Of a stretch of 64,000 bases of DNA, positions 1-9,670 are shown one piece after another. The notes below the pieces were generated by a model. The model made no database searches. It was not told the DNA's origin and saw only the letters and a list, made by a program, of their open reading frames with translations. The position numbers and the translations under genes were made by a program. The DNA is from Candidatus Omnitrophota bacterium (lineage in GTDB: Bacteria > Omnitrophota > Gorgyraeia > JAFGHF01), in the NCBI GenBank assembly GCA_016939375.1, contig JAFGHF010000072.1, forward strand, positions 229 to 64,228, in the 5' to 3' direction. Position 1 is the stretch's first letter. Each line of letters starts with the position of its first letter.

Positions 1-916
1 TGAAAGGCGTAAGCACATCGTGTAACGCTCCCGCTTTGTCTTTCATCGAAAAGACGATCGAAGTCTTATCGTTTCCCGTAGGCTCGGTCTCCTGCTTGCC
101 GATAATCAAAAAGCGCGTGATATTGTGCGAGGAATCCTCTATCGATTTGGCCACAATTTTTAAGCCGTACTTCTCCGCGGCCAGCTTGCTGGCAATGGCA
201 GCGGAGTATTTAGGATAATTCTTTGAATTTGGGTCCGCGTTTAAATATCTCGCATAACCGGCGGCAAGAGTAGTACTCGCTACCGGAACCAATTCCACCT
301 TAGGCAGGTTTTTCTCAAGCCATATACGGCATTGCGCCAAAACCTGCTGGTGCGAATATATCGTCTTGATATCCTTGAGCGCGCCGGTCATATTCATGAG
401 GTAATGCGCTATCGGCAGATACATCTCAGAGCAGATCTTAAGCTCCGAGTCAATGAACATGTCCAAAGTATGGTTGACCGCGCCTTCAGTCGAGTTCTCA
501 ATCGGCACCACACCGTAATCCGCCCGGTCGCGCTCTACTTCCATAAACACGTCGGCGATACCGTCGCATTTTATATATTCCAGCGATTCGCCGAATTTCT
601 TGACAGCGGCTATATGCGTGAACGTCGCTTCCGGACCCATATATGCTACTTTGGGAGGACTCTGAATGGCCAGGGAACCAGACATAATCTCCCTGTATAT
701 AGCCTTAATGGTCTCTTTTTTAAGCAGACCGGATCTGTTCGATTCTAAAAGGCGCTTGTAAATGTGCGCTTCACGGTCCGGTGAAAAGCTGGGAGCCTTG
801 CCCTTTGACTTGAATCGGCCGATCTCCAATGTGACCTTGGCCCGTTCATTCAGCAGTCGCAGTATCTTGTTGTCTATCTGGTCTATTCTCTTGCGCAATG
901 TCTTCAATTTTGACAT
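1..916 (-). CDS. pheA: Bifunctional chorismate mutase / prephenate dehydratase (P-protein), 3' end truncated by window start. Not in the ORF track. N-terminus overlaps the scpB stop by about 71 nt.
   Basis: Manual minus-strand translation from ATG at 916-914. N-terminus MSKLKTLRKRIDQIDNKILRLLNERAKVTLEIGRFK... carries chorismate-mutase motifs. It continues as ...VAYMGPEATFTH...VVPIENSTEGAVNHTLD...NITRFLIIGK...TSIVFSMKDKAGALHDVL, the PDT and ACT-domain motifs. No stop before nt 1. Confidence 0.8.
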   Translation of the reverse strand, partial: MSKLKTLRKRIDQIDNKILRLLNERAKVTLEIGRFKSKGKAPSFSPDREAHIYKRLLESNRSGLLKKETIKAIYREIMSGSLAIQSPPKVAYMGPEATFTHIAAVKKFGESLEYIKCDGIADVFMEVERDRADYGVVPIENSTEGAVNHTLDMFIDSELKICSEMYLPIAHYLMNMTGALKDIKTIYSHQQVLAQCRIWLEKNLPKVELVPVASTTLAAGYARYLNADPNSKNYPKYSAAIASKLAAEKYGLKIVAKSIEDSSHNITRFLIIGKQETEPTGNDKTSIVFSMKDKAGALHDVLTPF

Positions 917-1466
917 TAGCATCACCCGCTTTCATTAATTCACCGAATTCTTCCAGCTTGGGAAGGTTCTCTATTGAATTAAGTCCGAATAACTCCAAAA
1001 ATTGTTGCGTCGTACCATAACAAAAGGGCCTGCCCGGCAGTTGCTTGCGCCCGCTTATTCTCACCAATTGTTTCTCTAATAATTTTTTCAGCACCCCGTC
1101 AATGTTCACCCCGCGTACGTCCTCGATCTCCATCCGTGTGATGGGTTGACGATAGGCGATAATGGCCAGGGTCTCTAAAGCCGGGCGGGAAAGCTTCTCT
1201 GCGCGTGCCTGAGTATACATCTTTTTAAGCCAATCGGCATAGGCCGGCTCGGTTGCCAATTGGTATCCCCCCGCGATCTCGATAATCGTAAAGCTGCGCC
1301 CGGAACTGCTATACTCATTTCTCAGATCGTCAATTAACTTAGAGACTGCGCCGGCATCTAGCTCCTCTAAGACATTGGCTATCTCCGTGGAGCTTAGCGG
1401 TTTATCAGATGAGATTAATAATGCCTCAATAATCTTTTTTGCCTGTCCTTGTTCCATTAGCACCAC
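846..1466 (-). CDS. scpB: Segregation and condensation protein B
   Basis: 206 aa, ScpB-like winged-helix protein immediately downstream of scpA. Typical scpA-scpB pair. Confidence 0.85.
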   Translation of the reverse strand: MVLMEQGQAKKIIEALLISSDKPLSSTEIANVLEELDAGAVSKLIDDLRNEYSSSGRSFTIIEIAGGYQLATEPAYADWLKKMYTQARAEKLSRPALETLAIIAYRQPITRMEIEDVRGVNIDGVLKKLLEKQLVRISGRKQLPGRPFCYGTTQQFLELFGLNSIENLPKLEEFGELMKAGDANVKIEDIAQENRPDRQQDTATAE

Positions 1467-1470
1467 CTAT

Positions 1471-2208
1471 TTAACTGGATTTTGCTTCCATATGTTCGGG
1501 ATGGCGTAAGATCTCGATTTCGCCGAACTGTGCTTTCTGCCTGATTATTATCTCTTTCAGGCGGATTAACTCCAATACAGCCAGAAAAGTAGCGATTACT
1601 TCGATTTTGTTCCTGGCCTGTTCGAATAACTTTGAAAAATAGATAATCGGCTTATCTACTAAAATATGCAATAAGTCGTGGACCTTTTTCTCCACCGTAA
1701 ATTCATCATGCATTAACTCGAAAAACTTCTCTTTGGGTATTGTCTTTAAGATCTTGGAGAAGGCCGAGATTAAATCAAAGAGGCTGGCCTCAAAATAGGC
1801 CCCTTCCTCATCACCCTCAAAGACAAGCGGCACCGCTTTACGGCGAAAAGTCTTGCCTTGTTCCTTTTCCAAAAATTCAAGCCGGTTGGCTGCCTCTTTA
1901 AACTTTTTATATTCAAGGAGCTTGCGCACCAATTCAGCCCGCGGGTCAAAAAGCTCTTCCTCTTCGCCTTCTTGTTCATCGGGCGGCAGGAGCATTTTTG
2001 ACTTTATATGTATCAAAGTGGAGGCCATTACCAAAAATTCGCCAGCAAGCTTCAAGTCTAAAAGCTGCATAAGGTTTAGGTATTCGAGGTACTGTTCCGT
2101 TATTTTGGCAATGGGGATGTCATAGATGTTAATCTCTTCTTTCTTTATCAGATAAAGTAGTAGGTCTAGGGGGCCTTCAAATACCTCTAATTTTATTTTG
2201 TGCGTCAT
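1471..2208 (-). CDS. scpA: Segregation and condensation protein A (kleisin)
   Basis: 245 aa. N-terminal LDLLLYLIKKEEINIYDIPIAKITEQYLEY is the ScpA signature. Confidence 0.85.
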   Translation of the reverse strand: MTHKIKLEVFEGPLDLLLYLIKKEEINIYDIPIAKITEQYLEYLNLMQLLDLKLAGEFLVMASTLIHIKSKMLLPPDEQEGEEEELFDPRAELVRKLLEYKKFKEAANRLEFLEKEQGKTFRRKAVPLVFEGDEEGAYFEASLFDLISAFSKILKTIPKEKFFELMHDEFTVEKKVHDLLHILVDKPIIYFSKLFEQARNKIEVIATFLAVLELIRLKEIIIRQKAQFGEIEILRHPEHMEAKSS

Positions 2209-2210
2209 GA

Positions 2211-3194
2211 TTAATATAGACCGATCAGTTTGCGCGTCTCTTTTAATGTTTCTACGCAGACTCCTCTTGCTTTTTCTGCTCCTTGAGTCAATATATCGTC
2301 AACGGTAGATCTATGTCTTGTAAACTGGGCCCTTTTTTCCCGTATCGGCTCTAACACCCCGTTTAATATATCAGCCAGCTTTTTCTTGCATTCAATGCAC
2401 CCAATCTCTGCCTTCGTACACCAGTGATGGACCTCTTTTTCCATCTCCGGTTTAAATATCTTATAATAGGAAAAGACATTACAAACTTTCGGGTGTCCGG
2501 GATCAGTCTTTTTTATTCGCTTGGGGTCAGTAACCATCTGGCCGGTCTTTTTCCCCACCTCCTCTTTAGAATCAGAAAGGGCTATAAAGTTTTGATAGCT
2601 TTTGCTCATCTTTCTATTATCTATCCCTAAGAGTTTGGGTGTCTCAGTCAATATCGCCTGGGGTTCGGGAAAGACCTTTTTTTTGTAAATGTGCTCGAAG
2701 CGCCTGAGTATTTCCCGGGTCAATTCCAAATGTGCCAGCTGGTCGGCCCCTACAGGCACGGCATGCGCCTTGTAGATCACGATATCGGCGGCTTGTAAGA
2801 CCGGATAGCCTAAAAATCCATATGTATGCAGGTCGCGCGTGGTTATCTCCCGCAGCTGTTCTTTGTAAGTCGGGCAGCGCTCCAGCCAGCCTAAAGGCGT
2901 AATATTGGAGAACAAAAGATATAACTGCGCGTGTTCCTGGATATGCGACTGTACAAAAAGCACGCTTTTTTCGGGGTCTAACCCGCAACTCAACCAGTCG
3001 ATTACATTATCAAGGGTATACCGCCTTAAGTCCTGCGGTCGCTCATACTCGCTCATATGGGCGTGCCAATCGGCGACCATAAAGAAACACTCATACTCAT
3101 CTTGTAATTTTTCCCAGTTCTTCAGGGCCCCTACAAGATGCCCCAGATGCAACGGGCCTGTAGGCCTCATTCCGCTTAACAACCTTTTTTTCAT
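2211..3194 (-). CDS. trpS: Tryptophanyl-tRNA synthetase
   Basis: 327 aa. Class I HIGH-type motif (PTGPLHLGHL) and KMSKS motif present. Confidence 0.9.
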   Translation of the reverse strand: MKKRLLSGMRPTGPLHLGHLVGALKNWEKLQDEYECFFMVADWHAHMSEYERPQDLRRYTLDNVIDWLSCGLDPEKSVLFVQSHIQEHAQLYLLFSNITPLGWLERCPTYKEQLREITTRDLHTYGFLGYPVLQAADIVIYKAHAVPVGADQLAHLELTREILRRFEHIYKKKVFPEPQAILTETPKLLGIDNRKMSKSYQNFIALSDSKEEVGKKTGQMVTDPKRIKKTDPGHPKVCNVFSYYKIFKPEMEKEVHHWCTKAEIGCIECKKKLADILNGVLEPIREKRAQFTRHRSTVDDILTQGAEKARGVCVETLKETRKLIGLY

Positions 3195-5308
3195 AATCTT
3201 CTAGCTACTTTCTCAATCTCAAAGCACTCGATGATATCAGCCGGCCGGATCTCTTTAAACCTTTCAAAGCCGATACCGCATTCCTGCCCCGCGGTTACTT
3301 CTTTGGCATCGTCCTTAAACCTCTTAAGTGAGGTGATCTTTCCCCTAAAGACCTCTTCATTATTGCGGATTACCTTGCCCTGGGCATTTCTGAATATTTT
3401 TCCCGCTAAGACAATACAGCCGGCTACGTTGCCCACCTTGGTAACCTTGAATATTTGGCGCACTTGAGCCTTGCCCAAAAAATTCTCCTTCAAATGCGGC
3501 TCAAGCATCCCTTCCAAGGCACTTTTTATGTTAGCAGTGACCTCATATATAATGTTATAGAGGGTGATATCGACCTTTTCCTTCTCAGCCAGCTCCTTGG
3601 CATTCGACTGGATGCCGACATGAAAGCCGATGACCAGTGCGTTTGAGACAGTGGCCAGCATTACATCGGAGACATTTATGTTTCCCACCCCGCTGTGGAT
3701 GATCTTTATTGTCACGTCTTCAGTGGTCAACTTTTGCAAAGATTGCAAGAGAGCCTCCAGCGAACCTTGGACGTCTGCTTTTACAATAAGGTTTAATTCC
3801 TTGATTTTTCCGTCTTTGATCTGCTGGTACAGGTCTTCCAGGGAGACATGCGCGGCCGAAGAGGCCCCTCTGAGCCTTTTTTCTTCGAGTCTACGGAAAG
3901 AAAACTCCCTGGCCTTCTTTTCATCCTCTACGACGTAGAAACGCTCTCCGGCTTCCGGGACTCCGGTAAGACCGGAGATCTCAACGGGATCAGACGGACC
4001 AGCTTGTTTTATCTGTTTGCCCTGGTCGTTAATCATCGACTTGACCTTGGCGCAGAAGTCGCCGCAGACTAACACGTCCCCTATTTTTAGTGTGCCATTT
4101 TGTACCAACACAGTAGCGGTGGGCCCGGTCCCCCGGGAAAGCTTACTTTCGATGACTACACCCCGGGCATAGCGATTGGGGTTGGCCTTTAATTCCAGCA
4201 TCTCGGCTTCCAAAAGTATCATCTCTAACATCTCGTCTATCCCCGCACCGCTTTTTGCCGAGACGTTAACGGCTATTGTCTTCCCCCCCATATCTTCCGT
4301 ATTCAACCCTCTCTGGCCCAATTGGGCCTTTACCTTTGCCAGGTTGATATGTGGTAAATCGACCTTGTTTATGGCTACGACAATGGGTACGCCGGCTGCC
4401 TTGGCATGATCGATTGCCTCTATAGTCTGAGGCATCACACCGTCATTAGCAGCCACTACCAGCACTACTATGTCCGTAGCCACAGCTCCACGGGCACGCA
4501 TTGCCGTGAATGCTTCGTGACCGGGAGTATCGAGAAAGGTGATCTTTTTATTTCCAACGTTTACTTCATAAGCACCGATGTGTTGGGTAATACCTCCCGC
4601 TTCACGGGCGGCTACTCTGGTCTTTCTGATCATGTCCAAAAGAGAAGTCTTGCCATGGTCAACATGGCCCATTAAAGTGACCACGGGCGCCCTGTGTTGT
4701 AAATCACCTTCGGCATCATCTTCTTTCTGTATATGCAAAAGCTCTTCTTCTAGATCGGGAAGCCGCTCTATCGCATAATCAAACTCCTTGCCTATCTTTA
4801 CCACTGTATCCTCGTCAAGCATCTGGTTGATAGTAGCCATAATCTTCATCTTCATCAGATGTTTAATCAGGTCATTGGTCTTAACATTAAGCTTGACCGC
4901 TAATTCTTTTACGGATAAAGGCATCTTTGTCTGCAGAGGTTTTAGTTTCGGCTCTTCGCCAACTGTCTCTTGTGTCGGCTGAGCTGGCTCTTCTTTAACT
5001 TGCGGCTGCTCCTCGATTGTGGGCTTAGCTTGGACTTTGGGCTTGGCCTTAGGAGCGGGCCTCGGCTTAGCTTTTGGCTTGACTTTGGGTTTAGCTTTTG
5101 GTTCTGCCTTAGGCTTTGCTTTTGACTTGACCTTTGCGCCACTATCCTTAGTCTTACCCTTGAGCTCGGCCGATACAATCTGTACTGTCCCGTCATCGAG
5201 CGCACTCATATGTCCCGCGGCTTTAATATTTAGGCTTTTTAACTTTGCCAATAGCTCTTTGCTCGTGATTCCTAATTGTTTTGCTAAAGTATGGACCCTT
5301 ATGCTCAC
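3191..5308 (-). CDS. infB: Translation initiation factor IF-2 (GTG start)
   Basis: 705 aa. GTPase G1 motif [18 protein letters not shown]. Follows nusA in the conserved rimP-nusA-infB order. AAGGAGG SD 8 nt upstream. Confidence 0.95.
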   Translation of the reverse strand: MSIRVHTLAKQLGITSKELLAKLKSLNIKAAGHMSALDDGTVQIVSAELKGKTKDSGAKVKSKAKPKAEPKAKPKVKPKAKPRPAPKAKPKVQAKPTIEEQPQVKEEPAQPTQETVGEEPKLKPLQTKMPLSVKELAVKLNVKTNDLIKHLMKMKIMATINQMLDEDTVVKIGKEFDYAIERLPDLEEELLHIQKEDDAEGDLQHRAPVVTLMGHVDHGKTSLLDMIRKTRVAAREAGGITQHIGAYEVNVGNKKITFLDTPGHEAFTAMRARGAVATDIVVLVVAANDGVMPQTIEAIDHAKAAGVPIVVAINKVDLPHINLAKVKAQLGQRGLNTEDMGGKTIAVNVSAKSGAGIDEMLEMILLEAEMLELKANPNRYARGVVIESKLSRGTGPTATVLVQNGTLKIGDVLVCGDFCAKVKSMINDQGKQIKQAGPSDPVEISGLTGVPEAGERFYVVEDEKKAREFSFRRLEEKRLRGASSAAHVSLEDLYQQIKDGKIKELNLIVKADVQGSLEALLQSLQKLTTEDVTIKIIHSGVGNINVSDVMLATVSNALVIGFHVGIQSNAKELAEKEKVDITLYNIIYEVTANIKSALEGMLEPHLKENFLGKAQVRQIFKVTKVGNVAGCIVLAGKIFRNAQGKVIRNNEEVFRGKITSLKRFKDDAKEVTAGQECGIGFERFKEIRPADIIECFEIEKVARRL
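4999..5155 (-). repeat. Imperfect tandem DNA repeats encoding the Lys/Pro/Ala-rich low-complexity linker in the IF-2 N-terminal region
   Basis: Protein segment [34 protein letters not shown]. The DNA shows repeated ggcttagctttt/gggtttagctttt units. Confidence 0.5.
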
Positions 5309-5391
5309 CCCGCTAGACCTCCTTAAGTAAAGTTGCTATATTCAATTCTATGAATCTATTTACCCCATCGACCAAAAAGGTCTAACGAGGC

Positions 5392-6531
5392 TCATTTATC
5401 CTCTCCGGGTTTCGATGCTTTGGCTTGAGCGATTATTTTTTCAGCTTTCTTTTCGCCGATTCCTTTGATTCTGGTCAATTCAGATACGTCCGCCGCAGCC
5501 AATTTTTTAACGCTCTTGTAGCCTGCAGATTCTAAAGCCGTGCGGATCTTCTCGCCGATCCCAGCCAGCTTTTCTAAATCAGCTTTTTCTTTGTCTGTCT
5601 CAGTGGCGCTTTTGATATCAATGTCCCAGCCGGTCAGTTTACAGGCCAAACGCACATTTTGTCCACGTTTGCCGATTGCCAAAGAAAGCTGGTCATCGGC
5701 CACTAAAACCTTGGATGCTCTATTTTCCTTGTCTATCTCCATGCTCAATACCTTTGCCGGGCTAAGCGCCCCGGCAATAAACTCCTTGGGATCTTCATTC
5801 CATCTGATGATATCTATTTTTTCTCCCCGTAATTCCCGCACGATATTCTTCACCCTAATGCCTCTCATGCCTACGCAGGCGCCCACACAATCAATTTTAT
5901 CATCTTTGGAATAAACCGCTATTTTTGTCCTTTCTCCGGCTTCCCGGGCTATTGACTTTATCTCTACAATACCCTCGTATATTTCAGGTACTTCCAGTTC
6001 AAACATCTGTTTGATAAGGCCGGGGTTGCTACGGGAAAGCACAATATGGGGTCCTTTTGCTGTCTTCTTCACATCTAGGATATAGGCGCGAACCCTTTCC
6101 CCCTGCCTATATGTCTCTTTGGGGGATTGCTCGCTTTTGGGTAAGATCGCTTCTGTCTTGCCTAAATCGACTATTATGCTGCCCTTTTCAAAACGGTGTA
6201 CCAGGCCAAGGGCTAAGGTACCCATCTTTTTATTAAAATCCTCAAAAATGACCTCTCGTTCGGCCTCCCTGATCTTCTGGATGATCACCTGCTTGGCTGT
6301 TTGGGCCGCGATCCTACCAAATTCACCGGAGGTGACTTCTTTTCCGTCGGAAAAGACCTTGATCCCTCCTGTTTTTGGGTCAAGCTTGACCTCTACATCT
6401 TTGACATTGGGGCCTAAATCCTTTTTAGCCGCCGAGACCAAGGCAGCTTCCACTGCCTGAATCAGGATTTCCTTTTTTATCCCCTTTTCTCGCTCAAGGT
6501 GCTCTAATATTGACAATAGTTCCTCGTTCAT
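5392..6531 (-). CDS. nusA: Transcription termination/antitermination factor NusA
   Basis: 379 aa with S1 and KH domains. C-terminal region is Lys-rich. Confidence 0.95.
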   Translation of the reverse strand: MNEELLSILEHLEREKGIKKEILIQAVEAALVSAAKKDLGPNVKDVEVKLDPKTGGIKVFSDGKEVTSGEFGRIAAQTAKQVIIQKIREAEREVIFEDFNKKMGTLALGLVHRFEKGSIIVDLGKTEAILPKSEQSPKETYRQGERVRAYILDVKKTAKGPHIVLSRSNPGLIKQMFELEVPEIYEGIVEIKSIAREAGERTKIAVYSKDDKIDCVGACVGMRGIRVKNIVRELRGEKIDIIRWNEDPKEFIAGALSPAKVLSMEIDKENRASKVLVADDQLSLAIGKRGQNVRLACKLTGWDIDIKSATETDKEKADLEKLAGIGEKIRTALESAGYKSVKKLAAADVSELTRIKGIGEKKAEKIIAQAKASKPGEDK

Positions 6532-6548
6532 CTTCTCTGCTCCGCTTA

Positions 6549-7010
6549 TTAAAGTTCCAGCTCTAATCTTGCCTTGGCAATGTTCTCTCTATTAATGACC
6601 ACTTTCTTTTCCTCGCTCGTCTTTATGGTTACATTTTCTTCATCAATAGCGGCCATTGTGCCTTTCCATACATTTTGTTTATTTATCGCCTCATGCAATA
6701 CTATTCTAATCTCCTTATCAGCACAACGCTGAAAATCCCTGGTGCTAATCAAAGGTCTGTCCAATCCGGGAGAAGAAACCTCTAAAATATAGCTTTCCTG
6801 TATAACATCATCTTTCTCCAGCATTTCACCGATTTGTTTATTGAGCTGCGCACACTTCTCCAGAGTAATCCCGCCAGGCTCATCAACCAAAAACTGTAGC
6901 ATGGACCTGCCCCTGCCTCTGCGCAGGGCCAAATCCACCAACTCTATGCCCTTAGCGTTCAATAACGGCCAAACCTTCTCTTTAATGCTGTCCAAAAATA
7001 TCTCATTCAT
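6549..7010 (-). CDS. rimP: Ribosome maturation factor RimP
   Basis: 153 aa directly upstream of nusA. RimP/YlxS family. Confidence 0.85.
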   Translation of the reverse strand: MNEIFLDSIKEKVWPLLNAKGIELVDLALRRGRGRSMLQFLVDEPGGITLEKCAQLNKQIGEMLEKDDVIQESYILEVSSPGLDRPLISTRDFQRCADKEIRIVLHEAINKQNVWKGTMAAIDEENVTIKTSEEKKVVINRENIAKARLELEL

Positions 7011-7012
7011 AA

Positions 7013-7043
7013 TAAAAAAAGTGGGTCTAAAATTTTACCCACT
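7013..7043 (-). terminator. Intrinsic-terminator-like hairpin (7-bp GC stem AGUGGGU/ACCCACU, 10-nt loop) followed by U7, ending 3 nt before the rimP start codon. Candidate NusA-autoregulatory leader attenuator.
   Basis: Minus strand reads AGTGGGTAAAATTTTAGACCCACTTTTTTTATT then ATG(rimP). Stem-loop plus T-run seen directly. Confidence 0.55.
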
Positions 7044-7077
7044 CATCTCCCCTTTCTAAAAGATTGAAGTGAAAAAT

Positions 7078-7106
7078 ACTATACTATAAATCCTGGGCTT
7101 TGTCAA
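7078..7106 (-). promoter_or_regulatory. Sigma70-like promoter for the rimP-nusA-infB operon. Overlaps the proS stop codon.
   Basis: Minus strand TTGACA-N17-TATAGT. The -35 is the rc of tgtcaa at 7101-7106. The -10 is the rc of actata at 7078-7083. Confidence 0.5.
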
Positions 7107-8367
7107 GTGTTAACTTCAACTCTGACATCAGCTTGGATATAGCCTTTTCGCTCTCAACCAGGGTACGCTCATCTGTGCTGCGTTTCTTAATTTCGATCTT
7201 GCCTTGCTTGATATTTTTCTCTCCCACTATGACCTGCAAGGGGATGCCGATCAGATCTGCGTCCTTAAGCTTGATACCGGCACGTTCATCCCTGTCATCC
7301 AGAAGCACATCGATATTTCTCTTCTCTAGCTCATTATAGACTTCCAGCGCAGCAGCCCTTGAGGCCTGATCCTGGATATTTAGCGGCAAAATCACCGCTC
7401 GATAAGGGCTGATTTCCTCCGGCCAGATGATGCCGTCCTTATCGTGGCGCTGCTCGATGGCCGAGGCCAATATCCGGTTGACCCCAATACCGTAGCAGCC
7501 CATGATAATCGGCTGCTCTTTTCCGTTTTCATCCAGGAACCGCGCCTTTAAGGCATCGCTATATTTTGTCCCCAGCTTGAAGATATGGCCGATCTCTATG
7601 GCCGCCTTAAAGTCTAGCTTCCCGGAACATTTTGGGCATTTCTTACTCTTTTTTATATTTTCTGAAACATTGCTGCTGGCCCACGAGCAAGACGGACAAT
7701 ATGCCACGGCATCTTCCCCGCCTCTTGCCGGGACCATAAATTCGTGCGATACGTCTCCTCCCATTATCCCCGGGTCGGCTTCCACGGCCAAAAAGTCCAG
7801 GCCGCAACGCCTAAAAATCTTATGATAGGCTTTATACATATCCTGGTAACTTTTATTCAGACCCTCAGCGTCCTTATCAAAGCTGTAGGCGTCTTTCATG
7901 ATAAATTCACAACTCCTTAAGACCCCGAAACGGGGTCGGGGCTCATCCCTAAATTTTGTCTGGATCTGATAAAGGGTCTGTGGCAATTGCTTATAAGATT
8001 TAAAATAGGCCCTGGCGATAGTGGTGATTACTTCCTCGTGGGTAGGTCCCAAGACCATCTGTTTATCGCGCCGGTCACGAAAAGAAATCATCACCCTGCC
8101 GATTTCTTCGAAACGGCCCGATTCTTTCCATAGCGCCGCCGGCTGCAGGGCCGATAAAAGCACCTGCTGAGCACCACAAGCATCCATCTCTTGGCGAATA
8201 ATCTCTTCTGCCTTGCGCAATACCCTCCAGCCCAGAGGAAGATAGCAATACACTCCCGAAGAAAGTTGGCGGATCAGCCCTGAGCGAAGCATCAATTTGT
8301 GACTAACCGCCTCAGCGTCCTGCGGGGCTTCCTTTAAAGTCGGTATTAAACTTTTTGACCATAACAT
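7084..8367 (-). CDS. proS: Prolyl-tRNA synthetase, short form without INS editing domain. Contains a Cys4 zinc-ribbon insert.
   Basis: 427 aa. Class II motifs present (FRDE.. , GPTHEE). The CPSC...CPKC insert sits at the usual INS domain position. Anticodon-binding domain is C-terminal. Confidence 0.9.
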   Translation of the reverse strand: MLWSKSLIPTLKEAPQDAEAVSHKLMLRSGLIRQLSSGVYCYLPLGWRVLRKAEEIIRQEMDACGAQQVLLSALQPAALWKESGRFEEIGRVMISFRDRRDKQMVLGPTHEEVITTIARAYFKSYKQLPQTLYQIQTKFRDEPRPRFGVLRSCEFIMKDAYSFDKDAEGLNKSYQDMYKAYHKIFRRCGLDFLAVEADPGIMGGDVSHEFMVPARGGEDAVAYCPSCSWASSNVSENIKKSKKCPKCSGKLDFKAAIEIGHIFKLGTKYSDALKARFLDENGKEQPIIMGCYGIGVNRILASAIEQRHDKDGIIWPEEISPYRAVILPLNIQDQASRAAALEVYNELEKRNIDVLLDDRDERAGIKLKDADLIGIPLQVIVGEKNIKQGKIEIKKRSTDERTLVESEKAISKLMSELKLTLDKAQDL

Positions 8368-8377
8368 ATTTTTGCCT

Positions 8378-9670
8378 TTATTGCTTCTTAAAAAAATCTG
8401 AGTCTATGTTTATGCCCTTTTTTCTCAGTTTAGGTATAAAAGAGGGCACCGCGCCGGTAGCCGCCATCTCACCCAGTATTTTTCCATCCTCAGCAAAACC
8501 CCTTTGATTAAACACGTAGATATCGTCTAGCTCTATCTCGTCCGCCTTGCTACCCTGATGCACCTCGGTTATTTTGGTAACCTTGCGGCTTCCATCTTGC
8601 ATGCGTTCCTGTTGTACGATGAGGTTGAGGTTATTGGCAATATGCCTCCTTATAGCCCAGAGGGGAATCGCCACTCCCGATGTAGCGATCATCGCCTCAA
8701 GCCTGGAAATTACGTCCTCAGGGGAGGCCGCATGCACGACCCCTAAAGCACCACTATGGCCGGAAGCCATGGCCTGCACCATGTCCAAGGCCTCTCCGCC
8801 CCTTACTTCACCGATCACAATGCGGTCCGGCCTCATCCTTAATGAGTTTTTAAGCAGGTCGCGGATGGTGATTTCGCCTTTTCCCTCGATATTAGGGAAC
8901 CTGGCCTGCAGGCGGACAACGTGTTCCTGATAAAAAGTCAATTCCCTGGTATCTTCCATTACTACGATTCTTTCGTCTCGTGAAATATAAAACGAAAGTA
9001 TACCTAAAGTAGTGGTCTTGCCCACCCCCGTGGGGCCAGAAAATATGATATTGATCCTAGCCAAAACACAAGCGACCAAAAACTCGGCAGCCTGCTTGCT
9101 CAAAGTACCGGCCTTTACCAGATCCTCGATGCGCACGAAACTCTTTGAAAGCTTGCGGATTGTAACCACCGGACCGTTTAATGCAAGGGGCGGCAGGATT
9201 ACATTCACCCTGGTCCCATCGCCTAAGGATACATCTACGTAAGGGGTGGACTCGTCTACCTTCCTGTTACCATAAGAGACCATCTTTTGGATTAGATGGT
9301 TTAATTGGTCCACGCTGCTAAATTCAATATCGGTAAGTATCTTTTTACCCTCTTTTTCCGCGTATACCTTATCCGGCCCATTGATCAGAATTTCGGTGAT
9401 CTCCTCGTCCTTCATCAGATCGTCGATTGGTCCGTAGCCCAAAAGTTCATCGACAATTTCTTTTACCAATTCCTCTTCTTCCACGGGCTTTAAATCGTTG
9501 ATCCTCTCAAAGCGGCTATGTTTTTTAATCAAAGTCTCTATTCTGGAGATCAATATTTTTCGTTTATCCGTGAGCACCTGAGTGGCAAAAAGACGTGATA
9601 AGGCAAATTCCTTAACCAATTGTTCCTGGATCGCCCGTTTTAATCTTTCTAAAATCTCTCTTCTACTCAT
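8378..9670 (-). CDS. CpaF/TadA-family type II/IV secretion ATPase. Orphan: no other tad genes nearby.
   Basis: 430 aa. Walker A GPTGVGKTT and the VirB11/CpaF hexameric ATPase fold signature. Confidence 0.75.
   Translation of the reverse strand: MSRREILERLKRAIQEQLVKEFALSRLFATQVLTDKRKILISRIETLIKKHSRFERINDLKPVEEEELVKEIVDELLGYGPIDDLMKDEEITEILINGPDKVYAEKEGKKILTDIEFSSVDQLNHLIQKMVSYGNRKVDESTPYVDVSLGDGTRVNVILPPLALNGPVVTIRKLSKSFVRIEDLVKAGTLSKQAAEFLVACVLARINIIFSGPTGVGKTTTLGILSFYISRDERIVVMEDTRELTFYQEHVVRLQARFPNIEGKGEITIRDLLKNSLRMRPDRIVIGEVRGGEALDMVQAMASGHSGALGVVHAASPEDVISRLEAMIATSGVAIPLWAIRRHIANNLNLIVQQERMQDGSRKVTKITEVHQGSKADEIELDDIYVFNQRGFAEDGKILGEMAATGAVPSFIPKLRKKGINIDSDFFKKQ

Noticed and set aside
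332-748. Plus-strand ORFs in the track, for example 332-748, 9688-10176, 30963-31574, 38338-38883, 45000-45518 and 55701-56204
   Set aside because: All lie entirely inside well-supported minus-strand genes. Their translations are low-complexity or Arg/Ser/Leu-rich with no family resemblance. They are shadow ORFs on the antisense strand of genes in a one-strand region.
5309-5391. Searched intergenic gaps of 55-117 nt for tRNA genes
   Set aside because: The gaps searched were 5309-5391, 15361-15466, 18837-18901, 20150-20266, 45749-45864, 50389-50464 and 57978-58067. No T-loop GTTCRANYC box, no acceptor/anticodon stem arrangement, and no gap of suitable composition.
7035-7046. Three-codon mini-ORF (ATG AGT GGG TAA) in the rimP leader as a bona fide translated leader peptide
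   Set aside because: The GGGGAG SD abuts the ATG with 0-2 nt spacing, which is poor for initiation. It is kept only as a speculative part of the attenuator finding, not as a CDS feature.
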